Positions 1 to 11,806 are shown, numbered from the stretch's first letter. The stretch: 64,000 nt of DNA from Fimbriimonadales bacterium (GCA_045862955.1 BTVI01000009.1:1-64000), one strand, 5' to 3'. Notes: generated by a model from the sequence alone, not told the origin. A program made the numbers and translations.

Positions 1-49
1 CGGCGTCGCAAACCGTCATGCTGGCCCTGACGTCGCGCTGAGCCGTTCC

Positions 50-326
50 GTCATGCTGAGCCTGTCGAAGCATGGGGCCGCCGGCCGCACGGTTTCGAGT
101 TCACTAGGTGCCTCTGGCACTCCCGGGTGCATGCTTCGACAAGCTCAGCATGACGGTCCTTGGATGTCCGCGGAAGGATGTGGCTGCATGCTTCGACAGG
201 CTCAGCATGACGTTTCTTGGAGGTCCGCGGAAGGATGTGGCTGCATGCTTCGACAGGCTCAGCATGACGGTCCTTGGATGTCCGCGGAAGGATGTGGCTG
301 CATGCTTCGACAGGCTCAGCATGACG
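50..326. repeat. REP-like palindromic cluster, family A (GTCATGCTGAGCYTGTCGAAGCATG and its inverse)
   Basis: One forward copy at 50, then four inverse copies GCATGCTTCGACARGCTCAGCATGACG at 129, 186, 243 and 300 (57-bp period). Confidence 0.9.
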
Positions 327-400
327 GTCTCGGACGGCTGCACGCTCTCACCCACCTGCTTGCAGAGCTAAGGGATAGAAGAGAAGTCGTCTAGGCCGGC

Positions 401-442
401 GAGAGTGCGCGGGCCAAAGCGCGAGCAGGCTCGCGCACTCCC
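401..442. repeat. REP-like palindrome, family B (GGGAGTGCGCGAGCCTGCTCGCGC type)
   Basis: gagtgcgcg...aaagcgcgagcaggctcgcgcactccc just past the DUF1080 stop; same motif at 8885-9038 and 26684-26800. Confidence 0.7.
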
Positions 443-448
443 AAATCC

Positions 449-1150
449 CTATAGTTTCCGAATGCGGATGTTGCGGAAGGAGACTTCGTGCCCGTGGTCC
501 TGAAGCACGATGTAGCCCTTCGAGTGCCGCCCGAAGTCGGCGAACTCGGCGAACTTCGTTCGCTGGTAGATCGCGGTCCACTCGGGGCTGCCGATCTCGT
601 ACTCTACGATCTTCACCCCATTCATCCAGTGCTCGATGTGGTTGCCGCAGGCTACGATTCGCACCTCGTTCCACTCCCCTGCCGGCCGCAGCACCTTGCC
701 CTTCGGGCCATAGAAGTCGTATGCCGCGCCGGAGGAGTTCACGCCGTCCGACGGCGCGCCGTACCCCTGATCGTCGAGTAGCTGAAACTCCGGCCCGGTC
801 TGCCACGAGGCCTCGTGGTCCTCGGTCGAGCGGTACATGATGCCGCTGTTTCCCTGCGGCGAGATCTTGTAGTCCAGGGCCAGTTCGAAGTCGCCGTACA
901 TTTCGGTGGTGCGAAGGTCCCCGCCCTCGGAGCCCGGGCTGCAAGTCAGCACGCCATCCTTGGCGGTCCAGTTTCTGGGTGGATGGTCCATGCGATACCC
1001 CGTCCAGCCGTTCAGCGTCTTGCCGTCGAAAATCAGCTCGAAGCCCAGAGCCTTTTCCACGCGGGTGAGCTTGGGCATGTCCACCGATTGGCCTTGGCAG
1101 GTGGCGGCGTGAGCGCCGAGCGCCAGCGCGACAAGCAGAAGGTAGGTCAT
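449..1150 (-). CDS. DUF1080 / 3-keto-disaccharide hydrolase family secreted protein
   Basis: LIFDGKTLNGW, GNSGIMY, WQTGPEFQLLDD, GEWN, LQDHG..VSFRNIRIRKL motifs; signal peptide from ATG 1150. Confidence 0.9.
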   Translation of the reverse strand: MTYLLLVALALGAHAATCQGQSVDMPKLTRVEKALGFELIFDGKTLNGWTGYRMDHPPRNWTAKDGVLTCSPGSEGGDLRTTEMYGDFELALDYKISPQGNSGIMYRSTEDHEASWQTGPEFQLLDDQGYGAPSDGVNSSGAAYDFYGPKGKVLRPAGEWNEVRIVACGNHIEHWMNGVKIVEYEIGSPEWTAIYQRTKFAEFADFGRHSKGYIVLQDHGHEVSFRNIRIRKL

Positions 1151-1457
1151 AGCATGAAGGGCATTCACGCCCCGCGCCGGCATTCCTGCCTTCGTCGCTT
1201 CTGGTGGGGCGATCGATTGTCACGCGAAGCTCGCAGAGGGGGCGCCGAGAGCGCAGAGAGCCACCTGGTGGCAGCCAATTAGCGAGTGCGATTGGACGGC
1301 CTCCTTGCGCTCTTCGCCGATCTCTGCGTGCGCTGCGTGGGAAACGACACCGGCGCGACGCGTCGGCCCGCCCCCTGGCGCGGAGGGTTGAGGCAGGGTA
1401 GGGCAGGCCGGTGGCGAAGGCTAGACGGGGCCCGAGCGCGGGCGCAGGAGGCAAAGG

Positions 1458-3008
1458 ATGGCCGCAGCCGACATTATCGTCATCGTCCTGTACTTCGTTC
1501 TGCTGTTCGGCATCGCAGCGCACGTAATCCTGAGGAAGCAAAAGACCTCCGAGGAGTACTTCCTGGCCGGACGCTCCATCCCGTGGCTGCTCGTCATGAC
1601 CTCGCTGTTCGCCACGGACATGTCCTCGACGGCGTTCATCGGCGCGGCGGGCACGGGGTATGCGCACGGAATCGTTTTCGCCAACTTCCAGTGGATCGCG
1701 GTGGTATGTATCCTGGTGCTGGTGGTGTGGCTGCTACCCATCTACCTGCACAACCGCATTGTCACACTGCCCGAGTACCTGGACAGGAGATATGGCAAGT
1801 CCGCGCGCACCGTGTATAGCATCATCTGCATCTTCATCTACGCGCTGGTGGAGATTCCGGCGGTGCTATATGTGGGCTCGCTACTGCTCGGCGAGGTGAC
1901 CAACCTGCATCCGATTGCCATCTTCGTAGTGTTGGGATTGCTAACCGGTGCCTACACCATCGCCGGCGGTCTGCGCGCCGTGGTGTATGCGGACTTCATG
2001 CAGGCTGGCTTCATCCTGGTCGGAGGCCTATATCTCGGGTTCGCCAGTCTGCACGCGGTGGGAGGATGGGCAGAGCTCAACGCGAAGCTCCCGCCGACCT
2101 ACTTCTCGGCCATCCAGGGTGGCAACTCGGCCCTACCTTGGCCCACGCTGCTCACTGGTCTGCCCGTGCTCGGCCTGTGGTATTGGGGCACCAACCAGAT
2201 GATACTGCAGCGCGTGCTGGGGGCGAAGACAGTGAACGAGGGGCGCTTGGGTGCGCTGGGTGGCGGCATCCTGAAGTTCACGCTGCCTCCCATGTTGGTG
2301 CTACCGGGCATGTGCGCGGCGGTGCTATACCCCGGGTTGGAGTCACCGGACCTGGCGTATCCCACGCTGATTCAGCACATGGTGCCGGTGGGGTTCAAGG
2401 GACTGGTGATTGCGGCGTTCGTCGCGGCGATGATGTCGCACGTGGAGGGCGCGCTCAACTCCGCGAGCACGCTGTACGTGCAGGACATCCACCTGCGACT
2501 GATCAACCCGAAGCTGACCGACGCTCATGCGATCCGGCTAGGAAAGGTCGTGGGTTTCATTCTGATTGCGGGCGCGCTGCTCATCGCGCACCAGTTGCAC
2601 GTTGCGTCCGTGTACGTGTTCCTGCAGCAGGGCTATTCGTATGCGGCGGCGCCAGCGGTGGTGTTGTTCCTGGGTGGCATCTTTTGGAAGCGGGCCAACT
2701 TGTGGGGCGCCCTGGCGGCGTACGTGGGTGGCGTGGGATGCATGGCGGGCATCGAGGTGTACAACCAGCTGTGCAAGGCCCCGTGGGTACCCGTCAACCC
2801 GTTCTATCAGGTGGCGTGGGCGGCGTTGGCCGCGCTGGTGGCGTGGTGGGTGTTTTCGCTGCTGACGCCGAAGCCTGGGCTCGCGGAGGAGCCGCTGGCA
2901 GAGTTTCGCGAAGAGCCTCTCTCGACCTACCCGCTGCTGAAGCGCTGGCCGATCTGGGCTTGGGTTTGCGTGGTGCTGCTGGTGATCACGTACAGCGTGT
3001 TTCGATAG
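1458..3008 (+). CDS. Sodium:solute symporter (SSS) family, probably sugar
   Basis: [47 protein letters not shown] motifs; many TM helices; GGAGG RBS. Confidence 0.92.
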   Translation: MAAADIIVIVLYFVLLFGIAAHVILRKQKTSEEYFLAGRSIPWLLVMTSLFATDMSSTAFIGAAGTGYAHGIVFANFQWIAVVCILVLVVWLLPIYLHNRIVTLPEYLDRRYGKSARTVYSIICIFIYALVEIPAVLYVGSLLLGEVTNLHPIAIFVVLGLLTGAYTIAGGLRAVVYADFMQAGFILVGGLYLGFASLHAVGGWAELNAKLPPTYFSAIQGGNSALPWPTLLTGLPVLGLWYWGTNQMILQRVLGAKTVNEGRLGALGGGILKFTLPPMLVLPGMCAAVLYPGLESPDLAYPTLIQHMVPVGFKGLVIAAFVAAMMSHVEGALNSASTLYVQDIHLRLINPKLTDAHAIRLGKVVGFILIAGALLIAHQLHVASVYVFLQQGYSYAAAPAVVLFLGGIFWKRANLWGALAAYVGGVGCMAGIEVYNQLCKAPWVPVNPFYQVAWAALAALVAWWVFSLLTPKPGLAEEPLAEFREEPLSTYPLLKRWPIWAWVCVVLLVITYSVFR

Positions 3009-3738
3009 AGGAAAGGCGAACGATCCTCCCACCGTAGTCCGGCTCGATAGCGTGGCCGGGCGGCACGGTGAGGAAGTCGGCGTCGTCCCAAGGGCCGTCG
3101 AGGAGGCGCTGGAAGAGTGATAGGTCTCCGCGGACCTTCTCGAACGACCAACCATGGTTTGCCGCTCGGTCGCGCGCCGCAGCCTCATAGCTGCCATCCG
3201 GCTCGATGCCCGTCTCGATGAAGGTGATCTGCCGGTAGTTGCGGGTCGGCGAGAGCGTCTCCCACACGTAGCGCCCCTCGTCTTCGCCGTACTTCTCGAT
3301 TAGCTGTTCCAGCGAGTACTCCATCCCCAGGCGTGCTGGGATAGTCTGTGGGCGCAGATCTTCGCTCACACCTTCGTGCTCGATCCAGCCGGTGCTCAGG
3401 AAGTAGGTGCCGGGGTTCTCGGTGAAGTAACGGTCGAATCGCTCGCGCGAGCCCATCAGCAACGTGATGCAGTCGTGCGCGCGGGGTATGACGACGGGCG
3501 CGTCCCGTGCGACCAGCGCGGCGGTGCCGTTGTTGCACAGGCCGTAGCCGAGGGCGATGGCGTCGAAGCCCGGGCCGACGGCGTCAATCGCCGCCTGCAA
3601 CCGTTCTCGCATGGGCTGCGAGCCGAGGTCGTGAAGCCCCTTCTCCAGGAAGAGTGGCTCCACTTCGTTGACCGAGCGGGCGATCAGATGCTCGAACTCT
3701 CGCCGCAGCACTTCGCAGGCGATCAGCTTCAGGCGCAC
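2986..3738 (-). CDS. DUF1638 domain-containing protein
   Basis: [42 protein letters not shown] motifs; 3' end overlaps the convergent SSS gene by 23 nt. Confidence 0.85.
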   Translation of the reverse strand: MRLKLIACEVLRREFEHLIARSVNEVEPLFLEKGLHDLGSQPMRERLQAAIDAVGPGFDAIALGYGLCNNGTAALVARDAPVVIPRAHDCITLLMGSRERFDRYFTENPGTYFLSTGWIEHEGVSEDLRPQTIPARLGMEYSLEQLIEKYGEDEGRYVWETLSPTRNYRQITFIETGIEPDGSYEAAARDRAANHGWSFEKVRGDLSLFQRLLDGPWDDADFLTVPPGHAIEPDYGGRIVRLSSIETRCT

Positions 3739-3757
3739 GGCGGGCCACCTCCCGAAC

Positions 3758-3864
3758 CGTCATGCCGAGCCCGTCGAAGCATGCAGTCGTGAGAGGCGAT
3801 CGTGCCTCGGGAGGGCGAGAGTGTGCCGCAGGCGACTCGATGCTTCGACGGGCTCAGCATGACG
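3758..3864. repeat. REP-like family A variant, inverted pair
   Basis: cgtcatgccgagcccgtcgaagcatgc ... tgcttcgacgggctcagcatgacg. Confidence 0.8.
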
Positions 3865-4153
3865 AGCTCCCGTCCCGCCATCCGCCCTCGGATCGCGCGG
3901 CACACAAGGCGACTTGGTTCGAGCGGATTCGTGACAACTTGCTCAGATAAGGTCTCCACGGGCTATCGGCAGGCCCTCGTTTTGAGGAATAATACCGGAC
4001 CAAGGAGGCCCCCCCTTTCGGCCGGTGGCCGTAGGGTCGAGCGCAGCCAGGCCACTTCCGACAACGGCGTCGCAAGTCAGTCCGGGCGCGGATGCCACGG
4101 CATTGGATAGTTGTCGAGTGAGCGTGGCAGCCGCGCAGGGCAGAACATGCGAC

Positions 4154-5371
4154 ATGAGCATCAGCCAAATCGGGAAGTCCATCTCGGCATCACCTACGCT
4201 TCGACTCAATGTGATCGCCGCCCTCATGCGCGAAAAGGGCGATCCGGTCATCCACCTCGGTGGTGGCGAACCGAAGAGCAAGTCGCCCATTGACGCGATC
4301 CTCGGCGCGACGGGGCTCGTTACCACGGGCGAGGTGCGCTACACGCCGCCAGACGGCGTTCCGGCGCTGAAGAAGGCGATCATCCGTTACACCGAGGAGT
4401 TCTACGGCAGGCACGTGGAGCCAGAGAACGTGATCGCCTCGAGCGGTGCGAAGCAGGCGATCATGGTGTGCCTGCAAGCGATTCTGGACCCACAGTACGA
4501 AGTGATCTTCCCCGCACCCTATTGGGTCAGCTATCCCGAGATGGTCAAGCTGTGTGGTGGCATTCCGGTGCCGGTCTACGCCGAAGACGGATCCTTCTAC
4601 CCACGACTCAAGGACATCGAGGCGAAGGTGGGGCCGTACACGAAAGCAGTGATCATCAATAGCCCGAACAACCCGACCGGCGCTATGTACCCGAAGGAGT
4701 TCATCGCGGAGATAGTGCAGTTCTGCGAAGATCGGGGACTGTACCTGATCATGGACGACATATACCATCGCCTGATCTTCGATGGAAGGAAGCCGATCAA
4801 CTGCTACGAGTTCGCGAAGGATCTCGGCGAGAACTCCAAGTTGGTAGTAGTGAACGGCGTATCGAAGATGTATGCAATGACGGGCTTCCGCATCGGATGG
4901 GCCATCGCTAACAAGCGGTTAGTGGAGGTGATGGCGAACATCCAGGGCCATCAGACCTCCGGCCCGTCGGTAGTACTGCAGCTAGCTGCCGCAGCCGCAT
5001 TGAACGGTGTGCAGACCAGCGTGGAAAGTCTGCGCATGACGCTGGAGAACAACCGCAACGTGATGGTGGACCGGCTGAAGTCCTTCGAGGGAGTGAAGGT
5101 AACGAAGCCGGATGGTACCTTCTACTGCTTCGCCGACTTCAGCGTGTACGACAAGAACTCCACGCGCCTAGCGGAGACGCTGCTGAACAAGGTGCAAGTC
5201 GTTACGGTGCCAGGGTCGGAGTTCGGTATGGACGGATACCTGCGACTCAGCTATTGCGGCACCATCAAAGAGATTCGTGAGGGCATCGAGCGAATGAAGT
5301 GGGCGCTCGATCCGAACTCGCCGAACGAGCTGTATATCGGCGACCGGAAGTTGGTGAGGGACTGGGCATGA
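4154..5371 (+). CDS. PLP-dependent class I/II aminotransferase (aspartate aminotransferase-like)
   Basis: GAKQA, PYWVSY, NSPNNPTG, DDIY, SKMYAMTGFRIGW (PLP lysine); start set at ATG 4154. Confidence 0.92.
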   Translation: MSISQIGKSISASPTLRLNVIAALMREKGDPVIHLGGGEPKSKSPIDAILGATGLVTTGEVRYTPPDGVPALKKAIIRYTEEFYGRHVEPENVIASSGAKQAIMVCLQAILDPQYEVIFPAPYWVSYPEMVKLCGGIPVPVYAEDGSFYPRLKDIEAKVGPYTKAVIINSPNNPTGAMYPKEFIAEIVQFCEDRGLYLIMDDIYHRLIFDGRKPINCYEFAKDLGENSKLVVVNGVSKMYAMTGFRIGWAIANKRLVEVMANIQGHQTSGPSVVLQLAAAAALNGVQTSVESLRMTLENNRNVMVDRLKSFEGVKVTKPDGTFYCFADFSVYDKNSTRLAETLLNKVQVVTVPGSEFGMDGYLRLSYCGTIKEIREGIERMKWALDPNSPNELYIGDRKLVRDWA

Positions 5372-7029
5372 AAAAGTATCTGGAGTTCGACACCCCCGCG
5401 ACGAAGCAGGCCGGCGAACTGGCTGCCGACTATAAGTTGGCGAACATAGGATTGGTAGACCTCGACCGCGTCTTCTGGAACCTGCCGACACCAGCACTCT
5501 ACGAGGAAGCTATCTTTCGCGGCGAGTGCAGACTGGCATACATGGGACCGATGATCGTGAATACTGGCAAGCACACCGCCAGGGCCGCCGCGGACAAGTT
5601 CGTGGTTCAGGAATACTCGACCACGGAGAAGGTGTGGTGGGGCGAATACAACCGCCCGTTCAGCCAGGAGAAGTTCAACTCGCTCCTCGCACGCGTGCAG
5701 GCATACCTGCAGGGCGAAGAAGTGTTCGTTCAGGACTGCTATGCAGGCGCGGATCCGGAATACCGCATGCCCATTCGGATCATCACTACCAAGGCATGGC
5801 ATAGCCTGTTCGCGCGTAACATGTTCATCACCACGGAGAATCGGGACGAGCTGAAGAAGCACGCACCGGAGTTCACGGTGCTGGCTCTACCCTCGTTCAA
5901 GACGGATCCACGGCTAGACGGGACGAGGAGCGAGACTGCAATCATCATAGACTTCTCTCAGCGGCTAGCACTCATCTGCGGCAGTGCTTACGGTGGCGAA
6001 ATCAAGAAGACGATCTTCACCGTTTTGAACTTCCTACTACCCGATAGCGGGGTTATGCCTATGCACTGCTCCGCCAACGTGGGACCAGAAGGCGACGTTG
6101 CGCTGTTCTTCGGGCTGAGTGGTACAGGAAAGACGACCCTCTCCGCCGACCCGAAGCGACGTCTCATAGGGGACGACGAGCATGGGTGGAGCGACGAAGG
6201 GGTGTTCAATTTCGAGGCCGGATGCTACGCGAAGGTGATACGTCTCTCGGCGGAGCACGAGCCGCAGATCTATGCATGTACGCGCCGGTTCGGGACCATC
6301 CTGGAGAACGTAGTATACGACCCGGTGAGTAGGCGGCTGGACCTGGACGATGACGCCATTACGGAGAACACGCGCGCGTCGTATCCGCTGGAATATATCG
6401 AAAACGCGCTGCCAGAGAAGATGACGCGCACCCACCCGAAGAACATCATCTTCCTAACATGTGACGCCTCCGGTGTCATGCCACCTATCGCCCGACTGAG
6501 CACCTCGCAAGCGATGTACCACTTCGTTAGTGGTTACACGTCGAAGATAGCCGGTACGGAGATCGGTCTCGGCATCGAGCCGGAGATCACCTTCAGCACC
6601 TGTTTCGGCGCGCCGTTCATGGTGCGCCGACCATCGGAATACGCCGAGCTGCTGCGACGCAAAATCGAGAAGTTCGGTGTGAACGTGTGGTTAGTGAACA
6701 CGGGATGGGTTGGTGGTCCGTTTGGCGTAGGCCGCCGCATCAGCATTCGACACACACGAAACCTGCTGAACGCCGCGCTGCAGGGCAGCCTGCTGAACGT
6801 CGAGTATCGGCGGGATCGTCTGTTCGGCTTCGAGGTGCCGCTGAGCGCCCCGGAAGTGCCGGAGGACGTGCTGGACCCCTCCAATAGCTGGGGCAACAAA
6901 GACGAGTACTGGAAGAAGTACGACGCCCTAGCTGCGCGGTTCATCGAGAACTTCAAGCTTTTCGCGGAGGACTGCGCCGAGGACGTTCGAGCCGCCGGGC
7001 CGGTGCGCCTGTCGCAGGTCGGGGGCTGA
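5368..7029 (+). CDS. pckA: Phosphoenolpyruvate carboxykinase (ATP)
   Basis: YGGEIKK, MHCSAN, FFGLSGTGKTTLS, LIGDDEHGW, NFEAGCYAK, TENTRASY, FSTCFGAPF, NTGWVGG; ATGA overlap with upstream stop. Confidence 0.96.
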   Translation: MKKYLEFDTPATKQAGELAADYKLANIGLVDLDRVFWNLPTPALYEEAIFRGECRLAYMGPMIVNTGKHTARAAADKFVVQEYSTTEKVWWGEYNRPFSQEKFNSLLARVQAYLQGEEVFVQDCYAGADPEYRMPIRIITTKAWHSLFARNMFITTENRDELKKHAPEFTVLALPSFKTDPRLDGTRSETAIIIDFSQRLALICGSAYGGEIKKTIFTVLNFLLPDSGVMPMHCSANVGPEGDVALFFGLSGTGKTTLSADPKRRLIGDDEHGWSDEGVFNFEAGCYAKVIRLSAEHEPQIYACTRRFGTILENVVYDPVSRRLDLDDDAITENTRASYPLEYIENALPEKMTRTHPKNIIFLTCDASGVMPPIARLSTSQAMYHFVSGYTSKIAGTEIGLGIEPEITFSTCFGAPFMVRRPSEYAELLRRKIEKFGVNVWLVNTGWVGGPFGVGRRISIRHTRNLLNAALQGSLLNVEYRRDRLFGFEVPLSAPEVPEDVLDPSNSWGNKDEYWKKYDALAARFIENFKLFAEDCAEDVRAAGPVRLSQVGG

Positions 7030-7171
7030 GGCTGGGCCCGGTTGCCATCGATCCAAGTGATTGCTTCGGCTTGGCAATCCGTGTCGCCCTGCACCCAGGG
7101 TGCCGGTGCCGAGCCGAAGCGATCGCTATGCTCCATCTGGAGGCCACACGCGGCCAAACTTGCTGTATCAT

Positions 7172-8857
7172 ATGGGGATGCGGGGCAGTTGGGGGTGGTT
7201 TTTGCTGTTTGCCGCTGTTGCGCACGGTGCGACCACGGAGCGAGTGTCCGTGTCTGCAGCCGGCCAGCAGGGCGGCGGCGCTTCATTCTCACCTTCCGTC
7301 AGCGCGGACGGGCGTCTCATCGCCTTTCTCAGCCTGGCGAGCGACCTGGTGCCTGGCGACACCAACGGCATCCGCGACGTCTTCGTGCGCGTCCGCGCTA
7401 GCAATCTGACCGCCCGGGTCAACGTCTCGTCGCTGGGAGCAGAGGCAAACGACGAGAGTGGCGAGCCCGCGATCAGCGGCAACGGCCGCTACGTGGCATT
7501 CACTAGTCGGGCCTCGAACCTCGTGCCTAACGACACGAACGGGACATGGGATGTCTTCGTACATGACTGCTCCACCGGCATGACGGAGCGAATCAGCGTT
7601 TCGAGTGCCGGAGCGCAGGGCAACGGCTTCTCGATGGGCTCGTCCCTCTCGCACGACGGTCGGTACGTGTGTTTCATGTCGCTCGCGAGTAACCTAGTAT
7701 CAGCCGATACGAACGGGGTCAAGGATATCTTCGTCCATGACAGGCTGACGGGTGTGACCGACCGCGTTTCCGTCTCCTCGGAGGGCGCGCAGGCGAACGG
7801 TCAAACCACCATCGGCGCAATCAGCCCCGACGGGCGGTACGTGGCTATGATCAGCTATGCCAGCAACCTCGTGCCGGGAGACACGAACGGCTACTCCGAC
7901 GCGTTCCTGCGCGACCGCATGACGGGGGTCACGCTGCGCGTGGGAGCGGGCAACGCGTGGACGCGGAATGTGGCAGTTAGCTTGGCTGGACGTGTCGTTG
8001 TTTTCGAAAGCGATGCCAGTGACCTCATATCCGATGACACCAACGGAAGCTCGGACATTTTCGTGTGGGATGCAGCGAGTGGGGGAACCGAGCGTGTTAG
8101 TGTTTCCGATTCGGGCACACAGTTGAATGGGCCGTCTGCGGTGCCGCATGTGAGTGCGGATGGGCGGATCGTCGCCTTCTGGTCCAACGCGTCGGACGCT
8201 GTGCCTGGTGATACGAACGCCCAGACCGACGTGTTCCTGCGAGACCGCCTGTCCGAGCAGACGCTTCGTGTTAGTGTATCCAGTACGGACGAAGAGGCGA
8301 ACGGACCTTCACTCGGACCTTCATGCTCGGCCGATGGTACGGTCGTGGCCTTTCAGAGTACCGCCTCGAATCTGGCGCTCGGCGATACGAACGGTGTCAG
8401 CGACGTGTTCGCGCGAGTGCTGACAGGCAGGGCGACTATCAGCGGCCTGGTGGATTTCGGCCTGCCGCCGGGGAGCACCGGTCCATCCGAAGTGTCGTTC
8501 CGTGTCGGCTATGCCGGCTGGTCGTACCCGTATTCCGAGGTGGCAGTACCGCTTTGGGAGAATACCACCTACTTGCTCGAAGTGCCGCGCGGACCGCTCG
8601 TGGTGTCGTCGAAGCCCTCGCACTGGCTGCGACGCAGCATCCCAGTCGATACCACGGATGGCGATCGGTCTGGCGTGGCCTTCGATTTGGTAAACGGCGA
8701 TGCGGTGGGGGACAACCGTGTCGACCTACTGGACCTGAATGCGGTGCTAACAGCCTTCGGTGGAGTCGGGCCGGCCGACCTAGACGAGACGGGTCAGGTG
8801 GGCCTAGCTGACCTCAACATCGTGCTCCTCGCTTTCGGGCTGGAGGGGGATCCGTGA
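7172..8857 (+). CDS. Secreted TolB/PD40-like beta-propeller protein with C-terminal dockerin-like module
   Basis: Signal peptide; repeated SADGR.VAF.S.ASNLV.GDTN...DVFV.D units; duplicated GD..DN.VD..DLN C-terminus; start uncertain (7172 or 7178). Confidence 0.88.
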   Translation: MGMRGSWGWFLLFAAVAHGATTERVSVSAAGQQGGGASFSPSVSADGRLIAFLSLASDLVPGDTNGIRDVFVRVRASNLTARVNVSSLGAEANDESGEPAISGNGRYVAFTSRASNLVPNDTNGTWDVFVHDCSTGMTERISVSSAGAQGNGFSMGSSLSHDGRYVCFMSLASNLVSADTNGVKDIFVHDRLTGVTDRVSVSSEGAQANGQTTIGAISPDGRYVAMISYASNLVPGDTNGYSDAFLRDRMTGVTLRVGAGNAWTRNVAVSLAGRVVVFESDASDLISDDTNGSSDIFVWDAASGGTERVSVSDSGTQLNGPSAVPHVSADGRIVAFWSNASDAVPGDTNAQTDVFLRDRLSEQTLRVSVSSTDEEANGPSLGPSCSADGTVVAFQSTASNLALGDTNGVSDVFARVLTGRATISGLVDFGLPPGSTGPSEVSFRVGYAGWSYPYSEVAVPLWENTTYLLEVPRGPLVVSSKPSHWLRRSIPVDTTDGDRSGVAFDLVNGDAVGDNRVDLLDLNAVLTAFGGVGPADLDETGQVGLADLNIVLLAFGLEGDP

Positions 8858-8884
8858 GCGGTCGTAGCCCTGTGGAAGGCGCTT

Positions 8885-9038
8885 GGGAGTGCGCGAGCCT
8901 GCTCGCGCTGTATGCCGTTTGGGAGTGCGCGAGCCTGCTCGCGCCTTCACCCCCATCCACCTCCTTTCGCTCCTTCCACTCATGGATGGCGCGATGCTGA
9001 TACCTGACACAACGCACGCGCAGGCTCGCGCAATCCCA
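8885..9038. repeat. REP-like family B cluster
   Basis: gggagtgcgcgagcctgctcgcgc at 8885 and 8921; inverse gcaggctcgcgcaatccc near 9020. Confidence 0.75.
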
Positions 9039-9069
9039 GACAGGCACGTTCGCTGCTGCACCGGCCCTC

Positions 9070-10700
9070 ACCCCTGCAAGAGGATGGGTCGCTGGCGACC
9101 ACATGTTGAGTCCGACGTCATGCTGAACCTGTCGTCATGGTGGCACTGACGTGATGCTGAGCATGGCGACATGCTCGCACGAACGTCATGCTGAGCCTGT
9201 CGAAGCATGACCCCGAACACCGCCCGCTACCGACCTCGGATACTGCCATCGCGGCAAGTGCCGTCATGCTTCGACAAGCTCAGCATGACGGTTCGGGACG
9301 TTGGGAGGCCGCGGGAGGGGTGTCTCCTTCCCAGCTGCCGACCCCCTGCAAGAGGATGGGGTCACTGGCGACGACATGCTGAGCCCGACGTCATGGTGCG
9401 ACTGACGTGCTGAGCTTGTCGTCGCGGTGAGCCAGACGTCATGCTGACCCTGTCGTCATGGTGGCACGGGCGTGATGATGACACTGACGTCATGGTGGCA
9501 CGGACGTGATGGTGACACTGACGTCATGGTGAGCACGGCAAGATGCTGACACGAACGTCATGCTGAGCCTGTCGAAGCATGACCCCGCACACCGCCCGCT
9601 ACGGACTGCGGATACTGCCATCGCGGCAAGTGCCGTCATGCTTCGACAGGCTCAGCATGACGGTTCGGGACGTTGGGAGGCCGCGGGAGGGGTGTCTCCT
9701 TTCCAGCTACCGACCCTCTGCAAGAGGATGGGGTCACTGGCGACGTCACGCTGAGCCCTACTGTCATGCTGACCCTGTCGTCATGGTGGCACGGACGTGA
9801 TGCTGACACTGTCGTCATGGTGGCGCGGACGTGATGGTGACACTGACGTCATGGTGAGCACGGCAAGATGCCGACACGAACGTCATGCTGAGCTTGTCGA
9901 AGCATGACCCCGCACACCGCCCGCTACAGACCTCGGATACTGCCATCGCGGCAAGTGCCGTCATGCTTCGACAAGCTCAGCATGACGGTTCGGGACGTTG
10001 GGAGGCCGCGGGAGGGGTGTCTCCTTCCCAGCTACCGACCCCCTGCAAGAGGATGGGGTCACTGGCGACGTCACGCTGAGCCCTACTGTCATGCTGACCC
10101 TGTCGTCATGGTGGCACGGGCGTGATGGTGACACTGACGTCATGGTGAGCACGGCGACATGCTCGCACGAACGTCATGCTGAGCCTGTCGAAGCATGACC
10201 CCGAACACCGCCCGCTACCGACCTCGGATACTGCGATCGCGGCAAGTGCCGTCATGCTTCGACAAGCTCAGCATGACGGCACTGGGCCTCTGCTGTGACC
10301 TACCCTTTCCCTCTCCACGCGTGGCAGCCTATCCCTCTCAACGGGTCGTGGCCAGGGCACGTCGAATCCCACCGTTGCGCCGAATCGGAGAACGCCATGA
10401 ACCGCGAACCATCACCCCCGGCGGCTGCCGTCACGCTGAGCCCTGCCGTCATGCTGACCCTGTCGTCATGGTGGCACGGGCGTGATGGTGACACTGACGT
10501 CATGGTGAGCACGGCAAGATGCCGACACGAACGTCATGCTGAGCCTGTCGAAGCATGACCCCGAACACCGCCCGCTACCGACCTCGGATACTGCGATCGC
10601 GGCAAGTGCCGTCATGCTTCGACAAGCTCAGCATGACGGATTGGGACGTCGGGACGCCCCGCAAGGGGTGCCTCCCTCCCAGCAACCGACCCTCTGCATG
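9070..10700. repeat. Large tandem mosaic (BIME-like) array of family A REP hairpins
   Basis: Five near-identical hairpin units starting at 9185, 9557, 9882, 10173 and 10533, separated by variable numbers of gtcatggtggcacgg/gtgatggtgacactgac sub-motifs. Confidence 0.92.
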
Positions 10701-10744
10701 TCGTGAGGGCTAGCAGTGGGTCTCGGGAAGTGGAGGACAGGCCA

Positions 10745-11806
10745 TCAGGAGTAGCTGCCGAGCTTCTTGGCCAGCGAGGTGATGGCTCGGAAGTTCTCTA
10801 GACTAACACTCGACGGTACCGAGTGATCCGAGGAGAAGATGTAGCCGCCGTTCTCCTTTACCACCGGGATGACGCGTTCCATCTCGGCTTGAATCGCGTC
10901 TCGATCATCCCACAACACAGCGTTGATGCCGCCGTGTAGCACCAATCGATCGCCATAGAGCTGTTTGATGCGAATCGGATCCATACCTGCCTTCACCTCG
11001 AGCGGGTTCAGAGCCTCGATGCCGATTTCCAGGAAGTCGGGAAGGAATGGCTCTACGTAGCCGCACGAGTGTAGGTGTGTGTGCACACCACGCTCATGCG
11101 CCCAGTCGCAGGCGCGCTTCTGCACCGGCTTCAGTAGCTCTCTGTATGTTCGTAACGAGAAGAAGGTGTGACCCTTGTAGCCCACGTCGTCCGGCCACAT
11201 CACCGCATCGAAGCGATATCCCGCATCCCACACTTGTTCTAGGAGCGCGAGGTTGACATCGAGGAATGTGTTGAACATGTCGTACAACCACTCTGGCTGG
11301 TCAACCAGTGCTAGCAGAACGCGCTCGGTACCTACCGTCCAGGAGTGCGTCACGTCGAAGCCGAACCACAGTCCTGCGACGATCCACCTACCCTCTGCCT
11401 GCCACTTCGGGTAGTTCTCTGCCAGGTAGGCCCAGTCGACTCGGTCGGGATCGGTGGTCATGCGGCGCTTCGCTTCCTGCCACGTTTCTGGGTCTCGGAT
11501 GGTGAAGTCCAGGAACTCGGGCACCGATGCAGCGTGCTTCCAGTCTTTCATCGTGACCCCGTACGAGGAGGTGCGTATGACGTACTCGTCCGTCTCTTCG
11601 ATCACTCTCTGCTCGTAACGGGGACTGATGTCCACACCGATGTGTGCGGTGCGGTCCAGATCGAAGAAATCTACGTAATCCACGTCTTCGGGCATTCCCT
11701 CCGAATGCCACCGCTCGATCGTAGCAGCCCAGGGACTATCTATGATAGGAACCCGGTCTGCCTCCTTGTGCTCGAACATGCGTTTGAATCGTTCTTTGCT
11801 GGTCAC
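10745..11806 (-). CDS. Uroporphyrinogen decarboxylase family protein (URO-D/MtaA-like)
   Basis: MTSKERF...[43 protein letters not shown]. Confidence 0.88.
   Translation of the reverse strand: MTSKERFKRMFEHKEADRVPIIDSPWAATIERWHSEGMPEDVDYVDFFDLDRTAHIGVDISPRYEQRVIEETDEYVIRTSSYGVTMKDWKHAASVPEFLDFTIRDPETWQEAKRRMTTDPDRVDWAYLAENYPKWQAEGRWIVAGLWFGFDVTHSWTVGTERVLLALVDQPEWLYDMFNTFLDVNLALLEQVWDAGYRFDAVMWPDDVGYKGHTFFSLRTYRELLKPVQKRACDWAHERGVHTHLHSCGYVEPFLPDFLEIGIEALNPLEVKAGMDPIRIKQLYGDRLVLHGGINAVLWDDRDAIQAEMERVIPVVKENGGYIFSSDHSVPSSVSLENFRAITSLAKKLGSYS

Noticed and set aside
53..10558. Short ORFs with MLSLSKH / RQAQHD / CFDKLSMT peptides at 53-394, 3.7-3.9 kb and 9.1-10.6 kb
   Set aside because: Translations of REP family A palindromes.
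9070..10700. Possible second CRISPR-like array
   Set aside because: Intervening sequences are near-identical rather than unique, units are about 300-370 bp and repeats are inverted pairs.
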